A stretch of DNA of 53,316 nt, counting the filler, from Dimargaris cristalligena (lineage: Eukaryota), in NCBI GenBank assembly GCA_003614675.1. It is 3 parts of 3 records of this genome, joined end to end, with 100 filler letters (N's around TTAATTAATTAA, not from the genome) between each part and the next. Parts side by side here need not be neighbours in the genome. Positions count along the whole stretch, not along the records: positions 17,860 to 35,561 come from ML002791.1; positions 35,662 to 53,316 come from ML002792.1; 1 more part is not named here. One strand, 5' to 3'. Below are positions 23,601-35,931 of this stretch, in pieces. The stretch's first letter is position 1, and each line of letters opens with the position of its first letter. A program made the position numbers and the translations under genes. The notes beneath the pieces were generated by a model. That model was not told the DNA's origin, searched no databases, and worked only from the letters and a program-made list of their open reading frames with translations.

Positions 23601-25918
23601 AGGGTGTGCTGGCATCAATGGGGACGTCTCCTGGCCGACTAAGAAAGGAATATTGACCCCGGAAGGAACAAAAGAGGGGGGTGGCATAATACCAATCGGG
23701 CCACAGAAATAATTGATATACTAGTAGAGAATAACCGATTCAATGAATAAAATATTTATTAAAGATAATTATTGCAATGGAATCCTAAGGTCGTGAAAGA
23801 AATGGAAAGGAATGAGTAAAAGTATTACTCTCCTGGGAGGAAGAGGGCTCCTTGAATTAAGGCCGTAAATCGATCGTTATAAATAATCCAGAATATCGTC
23901 ATAAAGCTGTCATGGCACATGGCCGTTGTCATGAATATCAAATAATAAATCGGGTGTTGACTTCCCGAAAGGCGTGTAAATATTCTCATGAAACTCGTCA
24001 TATCAATAGAAATCGGGCATAAGGGTTGAAAATATCAATAATCATCAGTTTCATAATAGAATCACCGGGTGAATAAATAGCCAGGTAGTAAAGGCTGATA
24101 GCCGACGTGCTCACCGCACTACACATGTGGGGGGTGTATATTCCTACATTGTATAAAATTTCAACTAGCCATGCGTTGCCTGGTCGCAAATAGCGAATAG
24201 CAATTAGAATGTCATACTCACAGAATATAGTCATGCTGCAAAGCGTAAGCCGACAACTGGTTACAAAAATAGCCGACTAGATTTATTTCAACTACGCCGT
24301 AAACAGTTCCATTTTGAGACTTGGCACACCCTGTGTGTGAGGGGGTTAGTATACTCAAGGGTAAAATGGAGTCGTTTCGTGGCTGGTAAGGGTAAAGAAC
24401 CTATGTATACGGGAAGTTCAGACGTAATTGCTTTTGATTTTTGACACACACACATTGTATGTCCACTTATTACAATGAAATATCCTATCCCACCTTGTCT
24501 TGTTCCGTGGTAACCCTCAACACTCTATCCCTCTCTACCCCAACCCATATTAACTACCATTTTAGTTTTCTTTCAACCCTCAGCCCTGGTCCCTTTTATT
24601 TCGGCAGCTGGCACCATATATATATATATACTCGGACTTTTCAACCTTCCCCCTCCTATTGAGTACCCAACAGTTTGCATTGTATCCCTTGCCGTGCATT
24701 TATCATGATAATGGTTTGACAAAGTCTTCTAATAAAAATGGAGTTTGACTGAAAAGAGGTAGGGGAGAATAGGACATCCAGCTAAGCTCGGCATTAGGGA
24801 AGCCGGTAGAAACAATACATTACGCATTTTGGTAGAGATGCCTATAAATTAAACCCCGAGGGGGTAATTATTCTAAGAACAAGGGGTCTATCGCCACCCT
24901 TTTCTTCCTACACTGTCCATCCTAGGCTGTATCACCGTTGTTAAATCCTACCAATGGCCCAGGCCTACCTGGAGAATGGAAAATGGCGAGTCTCGTTCCT
25001 AAATCTATGTTCATATAGTGGGCCGGCGTTCCTTTTTAATGGGGTCCCCGTCTTTATGGACCAGCAACAATAATTTAATACAAGGCTCGTCGGTCTTGCA
25101 GACAGTCTTTTCCTCCATTTGTTCTTGGGGTTTCCCATCCTCACCTCATACCCCACACCTGCACTCCCCCTATGCTGCGCGTAGGCTCTCTTACCCTTTC
25201 TCATTATTTTTATTCTTTTTTTATCCATATCTTAACCAGTCTACTGACTCCCCCCTCACTATTTATCGACATTAGTTAATCAATTGCCGTGCAAGCAATA
25301 GCACGTTAAAGCAAGGTATACTTTAAGTGACAGTTGGATTGGCCTACAAAGTTGGCCAAACTAGTTAGTAAAAGTGGAACCAAAAAGGAAAGCCCAATTC
25401 CTACTTTAACATGGTCCGCTGGACTAAATTCCCGTTTACCTATTTGTCGATTTCGTTAAACGAGAATAAGCCTTACATTCGTAATTAATAGCCACCCTCC
25501 CCTATACCAAGTTAAATATGGGGCTGTTCCTGGCGGATAAAATAGTTACTAGCCTAAGGGAATAATCTAGGTCCATAATAGTATCGATAATGAGTGCGGA
25601 AAAAACGGGAGACAGCCAACCGATAAATCTATATAACACCCCATTCCCTACCCCCTCCTACCTGTCATCGATAGGTCCTCTCGCCAGTTTTCAATTATCG
25701 CCCTCTTTCATCTCCCCTTATTTATTTAAATTTTCCTGGAAAAAATTGGGCCCAGGCTTATCCCACATGCACCAGTGTTCTTTTATCAATCACAATACTC
25801 CTTACTATCTATAGGTAGTTTTAGGCGATTCACTTCGTATTGTGGTAACCCCGAACCGGTAATTTTTCTCCTGCCTAATCACTTTTCTTTGCCCTCACCC
25901 TCCTCGATCTTTCTCGCC

Positions 25919-27322
25919 ATGGCGTTATTTCCTAATCGTTTGGCCACCCTAGCGTTAGTCTGGCTCTTGGCTGCTGAAAAGGGTCTCGGCCATCCTACAT
26001 ACAACCCAAATACCATCGACTATGATTACATGGACCTGGGGCAACCATCCTATTCTTTCAATGACCCCACCGCCGATGACTATTATCGACCAAATGCACC
26101 GGAGGAATATTCAATGAGTGTACTCCCCCACTCCCAAGAAGGCGGGGTATGGGGTCCACGTGATTATTCCGGCATCACCAGTTTTGATGAAAAATCCGAC
26201 CTCTCGGATAACTCTTTTCTGAAGGGTATCGTGGACGGAATGCACTCAGATACCGAACATAATGGCCACTTCGAAGATTCACGTGTTCTGCCAGAGGCTG
26301 AGTACAGCTTCCCTATGAGGGAGTTCAGCGGTACCTATCGCACTACCAATAATATGTTTACGAACAGTGTGCCGGCAACAACTAGGCTCCCCAATATCGA
26401 CCAACCCAATCAGAACCACTGGGGATTTGAATCAATCACGCCGATCTATTGGCCAAACCCAACCCTAGATGCCAATTTAGGTGCGGGTGCAGAAACTTCC
26501 CATACGGGGCGGCAATCCTGGTATCCTGGCGAGGCCAGTCACTCAGCCACCGGTGCCAACCCACCCAGTGCAAATCCGCGGGGCCCAATGAATCCATCTC
26601 GGCAAGCGGGGAGTTTGTCGGGCCCTTGGCAACCGGGAACCTCCAGGAATAGGGAATTTGGCATTAGGCTTGCAATGCCTTTAAGAAACAATCCGACCGA
26701 CCCAGATGGAACTGCGAGAGCGCAGGCCAAGGCGGTCGAAGCCGCCAGATTGAAGAAGGCTCGTAACACTTGTAAGGAATACTCGAAGAACGCCTTCGGA
26801 GAGGCTGCTGAACGCCAAAGTGCATTGGCCAAGAGGTCCGCCCCTCAGTCCAATATGGACGAGGAGGAGGCCAGCTTACTATGTGCAGAATGGGGGGAAG
26901 CCGTCTGTACTAAAATTGAGAAGATTGTTAGCACTTTATTTGTACGAATGGAACAATACTCAGCCAAGGTAGTAAGCGAACCAGAAGCCTTCACTGACTC
27001 CATCGGACAACAGGTTAATCTTCTACTTTCCAAAAACAAAAGTAGGCTAATCAAACCAGCTCTAATCTTCGGACAGTCCTATGACCATGTTGCCAAAACC
27101 ATGATGGTCAAATTCTTTACTGGGCCCGGTGGTTATGACTGTGAGGGATTGGTTAAATCCAAGTTAACCTTAGGTGACACTACAATGTTCTCTTTCCTTT
27201 TATTACCAAACGGCCTAGACCTTCTCAGTAACCCCGAAACTCTAGGAAAGGTGCTGCAGGTGATTCAAACTAAAGTGACTAAACAGTGGGACCAATTTAA
27301 TGAGACAGCATTCCTTTCCTGA
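25919..27322 (+). CDS. Orphan secreted protein (467 aa; ATG at 25919): disordered N-terminal half, helical C-terminal domain
   Basis: gcc-ATG-GCG start, signal-like MALFPNRLATLALVWLLAAEKGLG|HP, 1.4-kb open frame. Confidence 0.78.
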   Translation: MALFPNRLATLALVWLLAAEKGLGHPTYNPNTIDYDYMDLGQPSYSFNDPTADDYYRPNAPEEYSMSVLPHSQEGGVWGPRDYSGITSFDEKSDLSDNSFLKGIVDGMHSDTEHNGHFEDSRVLPEAEYSFPMREFSGTYRTTNNMFTNSVPATTRLPNIDQPNQNHWGFESITPIYWPNPTLDANLGAGAETSHTGRQSWYPGEASHSATGANPPSANPRGPMNPSRQAGSLSGPWQPGTSRNREFGIRLAMPLRNNPTDPDGTARAQAKAVEAARLKKARNTCKEYSKNAFGEAAERQSALAKRSAPQSNMDEEEASLLCAEWGEAVCTKIEKIVSTLFVRMEQYSAKVVSEPEAFTDSIGQQVNLLLSKNKSRLIKPALIFGQSYDHVAKTMMVKFFTGPGGYDCEGLVKSKLTLGDTTMFSFLLLPNGLDLLSNPETLGKVLQVIQTKVTKQWDQFNETAFLS

Positions 27323-28855
27323 GCAAGCCCTGTTACATTCTATTTTTTTTTATTGTGTAGTTGTCAGATCAATATCGACATTCCTGGGGCTTTGATTATT
27401 CCACAACCTCGCACATGTTAAACTGTATTATTGATAGAAAGGCAGTCCCAGCCTCTATCAAGGCTCCTTATAAAGCTCGCTCATCATATACACACTAACT
27501 GTCCTGCTCTGTTTACAATCAAAAATGCGCTTAATGAAGTACATAACAGAATGGGTCCCGTTTGTAACACTAGGTCAAGGGGGGCATGGATTTACCAATG
27601 AGTTTTATGCTAAAGGGGGAAATTATGGACCCGATTTTTACAAATATTGTTAACTGGCCTATCCTAATTAAATAAGTTAAGGTCTTTCCATGCAACTCAC
27701 CCATATTGGGTCGTATTATGCTATATAATTTTTTCGTGAAAATGCCTAATACTATGGGGGCGACTTAGTCAATCCTCCTGGTCATTATCATCGGACTCTA
27801 TCTTGTACACACATGTGTAGATTCAAAGATTCATCTATTCCCATTGGAACATTCTGGATACCAACCGGACTCTTCCCCATTTATTAGTATTCCCTTTTGG
27901 ATGCCCCTATTTAATTGCCCCCTAAATTACAACTATCCTACCCAGGCTACGATCTGCTAGGCTTAACTTATTTTCCCCTTAGTTGATCTAATAAACCCCT
28001 TATACAGTATGCCCCAGATAGTAAGTGTGCACATACCACTATTTATTATAATCACCCTCTACCTATAGGGTAGTGAGTATCCATTTTGAGTAATCATGGT
28101 AGTATTTCCAATTGATACCTACCCACATGGACTCCTGGCAGGTTAAGAGCGGTTAACCCAGGTAACAATATTATAACCTAGTCAATATATTACTAAAAAT
28201 AATATAATTTCATTATCTAAATATGCCAATTTTTTAATATATATATATATATGCACACCATCACCAACTCCCCCTTCACTAGAACCCTGAATATTATAGA
28301 TAACCAGCTTATTGTATCTTGGTTTAGTGTTGGTCACCAACATGTCCCTTTCCGATGGTGGCCTGTCATCAAACGGTCCTGATGTTTAAATCCCAATAGA
28401 CTTAGCGCCGTCCCAACAAAGTGCACAAATCAGCTGAGCCACTTCAAGTGATATGTTTTGGACATCATGTATTAATGTCCAATTACTAATTGATATATAT
28501 ATATATATATGCGGATCCAGTAAGGATGCACTCGACTCCCAATATACTATGTATCAAAATAGAGTGGATACATTATAATTTTATTTGTTCGGGTTTAATA
28601 TATAGACGGGTTAACAGCGGTATGGTATCACACTCTATTGAATATACAAGGATGGGCTGTTAAATCAAGTTGAAAAAAATGGTTTTGAGCAATTATAAAG
28701 TTATACGGAGTGTTTTTTTAAAAAAATAAAATAAAAAAGTAAAAGTAAATAATATATCATATTGGTCATAACTACTCAAATAAAATATTCGCAAAGTATT
28801 ATAATAATGGCTTTTCGAATGACAGATAACCAAGCCAAGTTATACAGCGGTACAT

Positions 28856-29083
28856 TTACTTTCTGGAATCGGGCTTGGACGAACCGAAGATTTTCTTACC
28901 GACTCTATAAGTGCCATAAGCCGTAGCAGCAGCAAGTGCCGCACCCCCGATGGCCAATTTCGTAACTACGCCACGCTTGGCCAGTTTGGGTGTGGAGGTG
29001 GCGGGGTTGGCAGGGTTGGCGTGGACCATAGAGGCGGTGGCGATGGCGGCCAGGATGAGAGCGACTGCGGATAGGAACTGCAT
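28856..29083 (-). CDS. Small secreted prepropeptide (75 aa): signal peptide, propeptide, KR site, 38-aa cationic peptide
   Basis: MQFLSAVALILAAIATASMVHA | NPANPATSTPKLAKR | GVVTKLAIGGAALAAATAYGTYRVGKKIFGSSKPDSRK. GC-rich coding island in AT-rich flanks. Minus-strand TATAAATA at ~29306-29313 and a pyrimidine-rich 5' leader. Confidence 0.85.
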   Translation of the reverse strand: MQFLSAVALILAAIATASMVHANPANPATSTPKLAKRGVVTKLAIGGAALAAATAYGTYRVGKKIFGSSKPDSRK

Positions 29084-30199
29084 TATGGGTCGAGGTGGTT
29101 TGTTTAAAATAGAGGAGAGGTTGAGGGTGTGTAGCTTGCGGAGGGAAACGGCTGAAAGATACAGACTATGGACTTCTGGACTTAACTGGCCGGGTAGGGT
29201 AAATTGTTGAGAATAATCGGATCCGAGAGAGGAAGAGAGAGAACGACAGAGACTTAATGGTGAATGTGTGTTGGATTTTGAAAAAGATGAAAGCCGCCGG
29301 GTTGGTATTTATACATAACTGACGCTACCCCCAAGGCTCGGCCGGGAGACTCAAACTACGCGGGTAGACTCGCCTCAATTAACGGTCCCATCTAAACCCC
29401 CCTGCTTACCTCTCTGCTGTTCCAAATATACTATCTGCATTTTTAATATCCGACTAGCCCCTTTGATGTTGCTTGGGTTGGGCCACACATCTAAGTGACC
29501 CGAAGTGCAGTCTTGTGCCTTTTCCCCTGGCTATTTTTTTGCAAAGGTCTAATAAGAATAACAGCCCCGTTAATTAGGAGTACCATCTCGCCAACTGTGG
29601 CGTTTTCGTTAATCGAGACCATCCACATGCGGTTTGCGCCAATAGACTACCCACCGACCACCATTTCCCTTACATTGGGAATTCTCACTTGCTCTATAGA
29701 TAAATACATGAGTGGGAAACAAGACAGTGGGTCGCAGTAAAGGGGAGGTGTTCATCTAAAAATAATACGCAGTAGAATAGCCACCGTCTATCCCCACCCG
29801 CCTTGGCAGAGGTCCCAACTGATACCAGAATGTCGCCTCTGGCTAGGGTCCCACGTCGGACGGAATGTAACATAATCCTATAGACGGAGATATCCAGCGT
29901 GCCCAGTTAGTCTGGAGTAGCGGTATGGAGGGCAGCCGCCCAATTGAGGCTCGTTGGCAACTCAAAATTATTGGCCCTTCTCTCTCCATTATTCCTACGT
30001 GGTTTACGTTTCAAATGAAGAGCAAATGGAAGACAAGGAGGATGACCCCAAATGGGCTGCCGACCACCATAACGCAGTGCATACAATGCACCTCTAGATA
30101 TACGTGCGTTAGTATTAGAGCGGCCTGGCAACAGTGTAATATTAAAGAGGCCCGCCCTGTTGACCAACTACTTAGCTCTATTGGCTTAAAAGACTAGGT

Positions 30200-30620
30200 A
30201 GTAGGCTGGAATATAATCAATGGCTGATAGTATTTCTTCAACCCGGTGACTGATGCTAACCCTGCCAACAATGTCATGGCAGTACCCTTGCCAGAAGGAG
30301 ATGTGACCGAGTGGCCTAGGCAGCCAGGGACCTGGCCAGTCAGACACCACGGCCATCGATGAATAACGAACCCATCTACGCGTGGTAGTGAGACTAACAT
30401 ACAAACTTCGCCGTTTAACAAGGCTAGCGGTGATGAACCTCATATAGGCCCGGCATTATTAGCATCCACGTGATAGAATATAATCCGACTATATAAAGGG
30501 TGTACGGCCAGCAAGCTGCTACTCCCTTAGTTTACTAGCGTCCCTATCGCTCTTATCTTTCTCCATCTTCTCAGACTCGCCGTACATTTCTAAATAAAAA
30601 CGCCCATTATATTTGCGTAT
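30200..30620 (+). repeat. Repeat family B copy (LTR-like; boundaries approximate)
   Basis: ctatataaagggtgta...cccttagtttactagcgtccctatcgctc...aataaaaacgc. Confidence 0.6.
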
Positions 30621-30668
30621 TCATCAATAGAAAGGTATAGCCCATATACTCAATTCATCTACAACTCC

Positions 30669-30954
30669 ATATGGGAGAAGTTCATTCAGGCTGTATAATG
30701 AAAAATCCATTGGATGAGGCAAATATTATTGGCTAAAAGCTATTCTCACATATTTGCCCATACACGTATATTGTAAAACCTTATATAGCTGGGCTGAATT
30801 TCACATATATATATGGCAGAAGTTCATTCAGGCTGTATAACGAAAAATCCATTGGATGAGGCCAATATTACTGGCTAAAAGCTATTCTCACATATATTTG
30901 CCCATACACATATCATGTAAAACCTTATACAGCTGGTTTGAATTTCATCCATAT
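30669..30954 (+). mobile_element. Two head-to-tail MITE family A copies (30669-30810 and 30811-30954)
   Basis: Two highly similar ~143-bp units joined through a TA-rich junction. Confidence 0.9.
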
Positions 30955-31387
30955 TGTGAAATCCCCCCCTCTGTTATTCTACAATGAGTATCCGTTTAGA
31001 CGATTTCTGGCACTGCATTCTTAGGGAGTCTACTCGGGTGGACCCTAACATGGCATTAAATGGCTAACCCCTGTTACAATGTATTCCCAGTATTGAACAA
31101 AATTTATTTCTTTTAACAAAACCTTTGAATAACAATAATGGATAATTCAATACATAGGATACTATTTCCATCCCTACTTGTTATAAAGGGGGATGTTGAA
31201 AAATATGACCCATCATGGACTTTACCATCTCATATTTCTGGCCAATTACATAAACAGGTCAGTTTATGTTTTATATAGATATTTTAACCGCCTAACGTCC
31301 ATTCTACCAACAATAGTATTTAAAATAACAAACTAAGGGTGCCTGCGAACGTCCAGCTGTGTTCATTCCTTTCACGCAGGCTTATTG

Positions 31388-31520
31388 ATATGGGGGATGT
31401 TTAACCAAATCACCATTTGGTAGGGAACAGTTATATTTGGCGGAAAGCAAATATCCCATCTGATTTCCCGGACATTTCCCATCTAAAATATTATACGGCT
31501 GTTTGGATTTTCGCCCGTAT
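31388..31520 (+). mobile_element. MITE family A copy (degenerate)
   Basis: Ends atatgggggatgtttaacc ... ttatacggctgtttggattttcgcccgtat. Confidence 0.5.
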
Positions 31521-32767
31521 ACAGCTTAAGTGTTTATATCAGAGAGGGTAGTTCCGACTGGAAGACCATTGGAGCCAGAGTATGCCGGTGTTGTGCAACG
31601 AGAAATGGATGCACCAACTTCGAATCATCTGCTGGTTCGATTGGGTAGAAGTGAACGGGGCGGTTGAATGGGGGAAATGGAGGGAAGAGGCACATAAAAG
31701 AAGGTTCCTTGTTTGGGTTTTCGCGATACTTTCCTTCATCCTTTATGTTCACGGCCAAATGAAAATATCGACTACCACGCTATTATCACTTGAAGTCAGG
31801 ATTTTGTGAGTCTAATCTGTAGCTGAGCGGTGATACGTTAATAATACTCGAGGTAGTAGTGGAGGGGGGGAGGGGAAAGGCTGGTTGGCTATGCATTAGG
31901 AGCTCCCAAATAAAGGGATTGTAAAGATTGTATTGCAAGCGTAATTCCAAATATTGGCGCCAATCTCGGTGGTTAAAGATCGAGTCCACCATATTAATTT
32001 ATTGAGGGTCCGAGTACCGCTAGGACCAGGGTGCTTAACAAAGTAGCCTAGTGGCTACAGCCTCGATTCTCAAGCAAAGCGACTGCCCCTATATCGACCA
32101 CGAGCACAGTCGGGGCTACTAATAATCAATGGTTATCAGCGGGGAGGAAAAGAGGGAAGGGGTGGTGATATAAATAAAGGCCCCGATACACTATTATAGA
32201 TTGGATTATTTGGCCTTCAACAACAAGCAACCACCTCGCCCGATTAGGAAAGGCTCGACCATTGCAGAACTCTTTAATGTTTCACCAACTTTTATTCGAG
32301 ATTGTACTGCAGGGGTAGAGGGAGCGCGAAGACCACTAATTAGCGACGCTACGGTATACGCCCTTTCTTTCCATAAAACACTAGTTCGGCTAGAGGGATA
32401 CAGTGTCGGTTGCAAGTTGAATTTGGCACTGGGTGGGGCACTTTGCATGAATCGGGGACCAGGGAAAGCCCATAAGGACAAACACGACTAGTTTCCCGGC
32501 GATGAAAGAGCGAGATATTGTTGGGGTTATTTGGCCGGCAAAGTATAAAACGCTGGGCATGTCCTGTGCCAAGTAGCCCAACCTCATCGCCTGGTATTTT
32601 TTTCTATGTATTGATGTACAAAGGCCTATATTCTCCCACCACTATTACACTGGTCCCCCACATTCCTTTCGTGCTATTTCGGCAACGACTTGGCCGCTTG
32701 TAGTATCTATTTTTCTCTACTCAGATATACTAATTCAGTTAAACCAATATTTACGCCCTTCCCCACC

Positions 32768-34518
32768 ATGCTCCCTCAACGTATTAACATCCTTGCCTTA
32801 GTCGCACTCGGTCTCTCGCACAATGAGCATGACGGCGTAAGTGCAGTGGAAGACAGCCAGTCTTGGACCGGAGGAAATAATCGATTTCAGGCGAATATAT
32901 CCAATTAGGGCCGAAACGAGGACCCTACCCCGAACGACTATACCCTTGGTTCCAGCCAGCGTAGTAGAAAACCCGGAAACCCCGGGGCCTATGGGTCAAA
33001 TTCTTATACGCAAAGCTACAGCCAGCGCAGCGGAGAGTCCGGCAATGCCGATTATTTGCTCCCGGAAAATCAATATACTCGTCAGTCTGATTACACCCCC
33101 GTTCCCCTCGCTCCAGAGGACATTCGGGTAAGTTTTACCCATATGATATAGGGGCTACCATGGTTGGGTGGTCTCTAATTTTAAATGTTTCCCTGAAAAG
33201 TACATGCTGTTTAACGAAATGGGTGTACATGTCCTTCCCCTAGCTAGTAGACTAGCAGTAACAATGTTGTCATTTTTACTGCTATTTTAGCAATATTATC
33301 CATAGTATGTTAATGCATAATGAATACGAGCGCCTATTCCATACAAGCAGCCCCTAAGCTATAATATGGTTTTATATTTATGAAAACTAGCTGACTTATT
33401 CGCCATTTTTATCGCTGTTTAGCCATATCTAGAATACCTACGAAGACCTCGAAGCCGGCATTATATCCTTCCGGCGCAATTCCGTCATCCGCTCTGAATT
33501 GAAAAATAGACGAGGGGCTCAAGGAACTCCTCAAAGTACCGCCCGACTGGGGGTTCCTTTGCTCGGGGCCCTGGTTACGTTTGGCCCCTGGCAAAATCTG
33601 CTCCGCCATCAATTCACCCTCGGAGTTTGGAAACAGGCCTGTCGTATTATAGGTGATGTCTTTACAGATGAGAATACCGATACGGGTGCGATATCGACCT
33701 ACCGGGAATCCCGTCCAGAAAAAGACTTTCGCGGTGATCTCTTGGAAATTACCGAAGTTTTTAATACTCTAACTGACCCGGTATTTGAATTTCTCCTTAA
33801 GCAGCATTGGAAACCGATTGGGAAATTGTTACCGGACAATGCCAAAGGCCCTCTGTGGAAGATGGTCGAACTGTGGGACCTTCCAGCCTATAAACGTTTG
33901 GTGGGATTTAATTACGAACAACTATCTGACAATCTGGCCGCAATCATTATGGCACGCTTGGCCCTGCCGGGGAAATACCAACTGTTTCGTGGTTTCGTGG
34001 CCGGCATTGGATCGACCAAGGATAAACATGGCATGTACTTTGGTCATTTCCGAAGCGACAAGCTCGGCAAACTAGCCGTGATGTTGAGCGCCATGACTCG
34101 CCAAAAGGACCTGGTCCGTATAGCGCCGAATCCATTTTTAGGGTATAGAACGACTACCCTTTACGGGCCCATGAGTGATAAACAGGACTGCAGTTTAGTC
34201 GATATGATGAGCCATCTGGGTTTGAGCAAACGTGCACAGTTTTTCCTTGAAGAGAACGCGGACGCATGCCGGGACTACCGAGCTAATAGGCTGTCTGAAG
34301 ACGAGAAACGAGGCAAGTTGTTTGAGTTTCAGTACCTCACGCAGCTGCGACTCGTGGAACACGATGTTAGCCCCCGGATGGGCGTTCCGGTTATCATTAC
34401 GGAGTTCGAAGCTGACACTCAAGAAACAATTGAGGACTTGGGACCTTGGAAACACGATTATTTTTGGAAGTATGATCAATTGTTTCCTGAGCAACGGCCC
34501 GACCTGAAACAGAACTAG
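32768..34518 (+). CDS. Orphan putatively secreted protein, spliced (32768-33127 + 33433-34518), with an in-frame TAG at 32906-32908 (pseudogene or extra intron 32837-32908)
   Basis: cacc-ATG and hydrophobic N-terminus. The frame stays open beyond the TAG to a GTAAGT donor at 33128. A phase-0 acceptor at 33432 joins the 339-aa ORF frame. Confidence 0.62.
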
Positions 34519-35561
34519 GTCCATTTTGGTGTGTTTACCAACCTTATTTTACTATAGTGTTCACTACGTTTTATTTTATAAATACATTTGGTTATCCAGT
34601 TATCAACCTAGCTTAGTATGCCGGTATTTCCTTAATAAAGCAAGGGTCCCGAATATGGTGATACTCTCTATACCATAATTGTGCCTCTCTAAGTGCTTCA
34701 AATAAAATGCAGTGTCCTTGGGTTGTTATTTGCCAATATACTACGGGATTATTATAGAAAGAACCGCCGAGTTATGGGCGAAGGGCCATGTAAGTCAAGT
34801 AGAGTATGTGTAGGGTTGGATGTCGTTTAGTACTGAACTGAAATACATGATTTAATTCATATAATAGCGTTCAGTCAATTGGAGACGTTCAACTATACTA
34901 CACCCACCAACTGCAAATAATAGCAACCCTATTCAATAATGGGTGGATAGGCAAGAATGTATTTGACGGTGTGGCCTACAGGAATAGGAGATATTTTTGT
35001 GATAAGTTAAAAAATATATAGTCAAATGATGGGGCAACTTGTTGCGGCTAATAAAGCGGGAAATAGGTTGGTGGAGATAATCCACAAACGATTGATTCGC
35101 GATCAATCAGGACAACCAAGATGTGCGAGAGTTCTCTGGGGACAGGTAATGGTGGGGTTGTATATAATATACATTTATAATAAACCAATTAGAAAAGTTC
35201 GAATAAGTAAAGGTAATTCGGCGATCTAGCTAGGGCTTTGCAGTCATTTTAGTAGGCTTACTTCCTGAGACTGCTCAACCTATCCGTCATATCCCTTAGG
35301 CAGTGAGTAAGTGTATTTACATATTTGCATATAAGGTACTATATATCTGGCCTTCTGTCGCCTTGATTTCTTGCTTAGGAAACTATGCTTTAACCCTCAG
35401 TTGAACATACGTATTTCCGGCAACCCCTTTCCTACCGAGGAAGTCTGCCTTATGTAGTAAAGGGATGAGCACCATCATCAATATTCCCTACAGTAATAAA
35501 TACACCCAAATCCATTTTTTTAAAAAATGCAATGCAACAGACCAATGTCAACCACTATTTT

Positions 35562-35661
35562 NNNNNNNNNNNNNNNNNNNNNNNNNNNNNNNNNNNNNNN
35601 NNNNNTTAATTAATTAANNNNNNNNNNNNNNNNNNNNNNNNNNNNNNNNNNNNNNNNNNNN
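35562..35661. other. Artificial contig spacer N44-TTAATTAATTAA-N44
   Basis: Same structure as 17760-17859. Confidence 0.97.
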
Positions 35662-35931
35662 GGGGGCGGCCATGGTGCCTAGTTCCATGGGGATCAGCAA
35701 ACGACCGTCGGTAGGCTTATCGGGGTGGGGACGGGCGATCTCGTATGACACGCTCGCCATGACCCTCGTGAATCCTTTGGTTACCGTGGCAGTGCCCAAG
35801 TCCTGGTGGTTGACGGTTATGCCGGCGGATCGGTCATTTTCCAAACCCCGGCCGTCTATCCGGAGACCCTTTTCGAGGGCCTGTAGTAGGAACTCCTTGT
35901 TGTTGGTCGACGGCTCCAATTCACGAACCAT
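35662..35931 (-). CDS. RRP45: Exosome RNase PH-like subunit RRP45/EXOSC9, N-terminal part (cut by the contig end)
   Basis: NNKEFLLQALEKGLRIDGR...TRVMASVSYEIARPHPDKPTDG...MELGTMAAP is the typical Rrp45 N-terminus. Confidence 0.9.

Noticed and set aside
30669-30954. Tandem repeat resembling a CRISPR or satellite array
   Set aside because: Two adjacent copies of the dispersed MITE; no spacers; eukaryotic context.
14587-32908. Recurrent in-frame TAG/TAA aligning with Gln codons, suggesting TAR-to-Gln genetic code reassignment
   Set aside because: Conserved genes end at TAA or TAG at the expected positions (UTP10, GSTs, NOP10, BFR2) and have no internal stops. The affected copy at 14.4-15.4 kb also has frameshifts, so C>T decay explains it.
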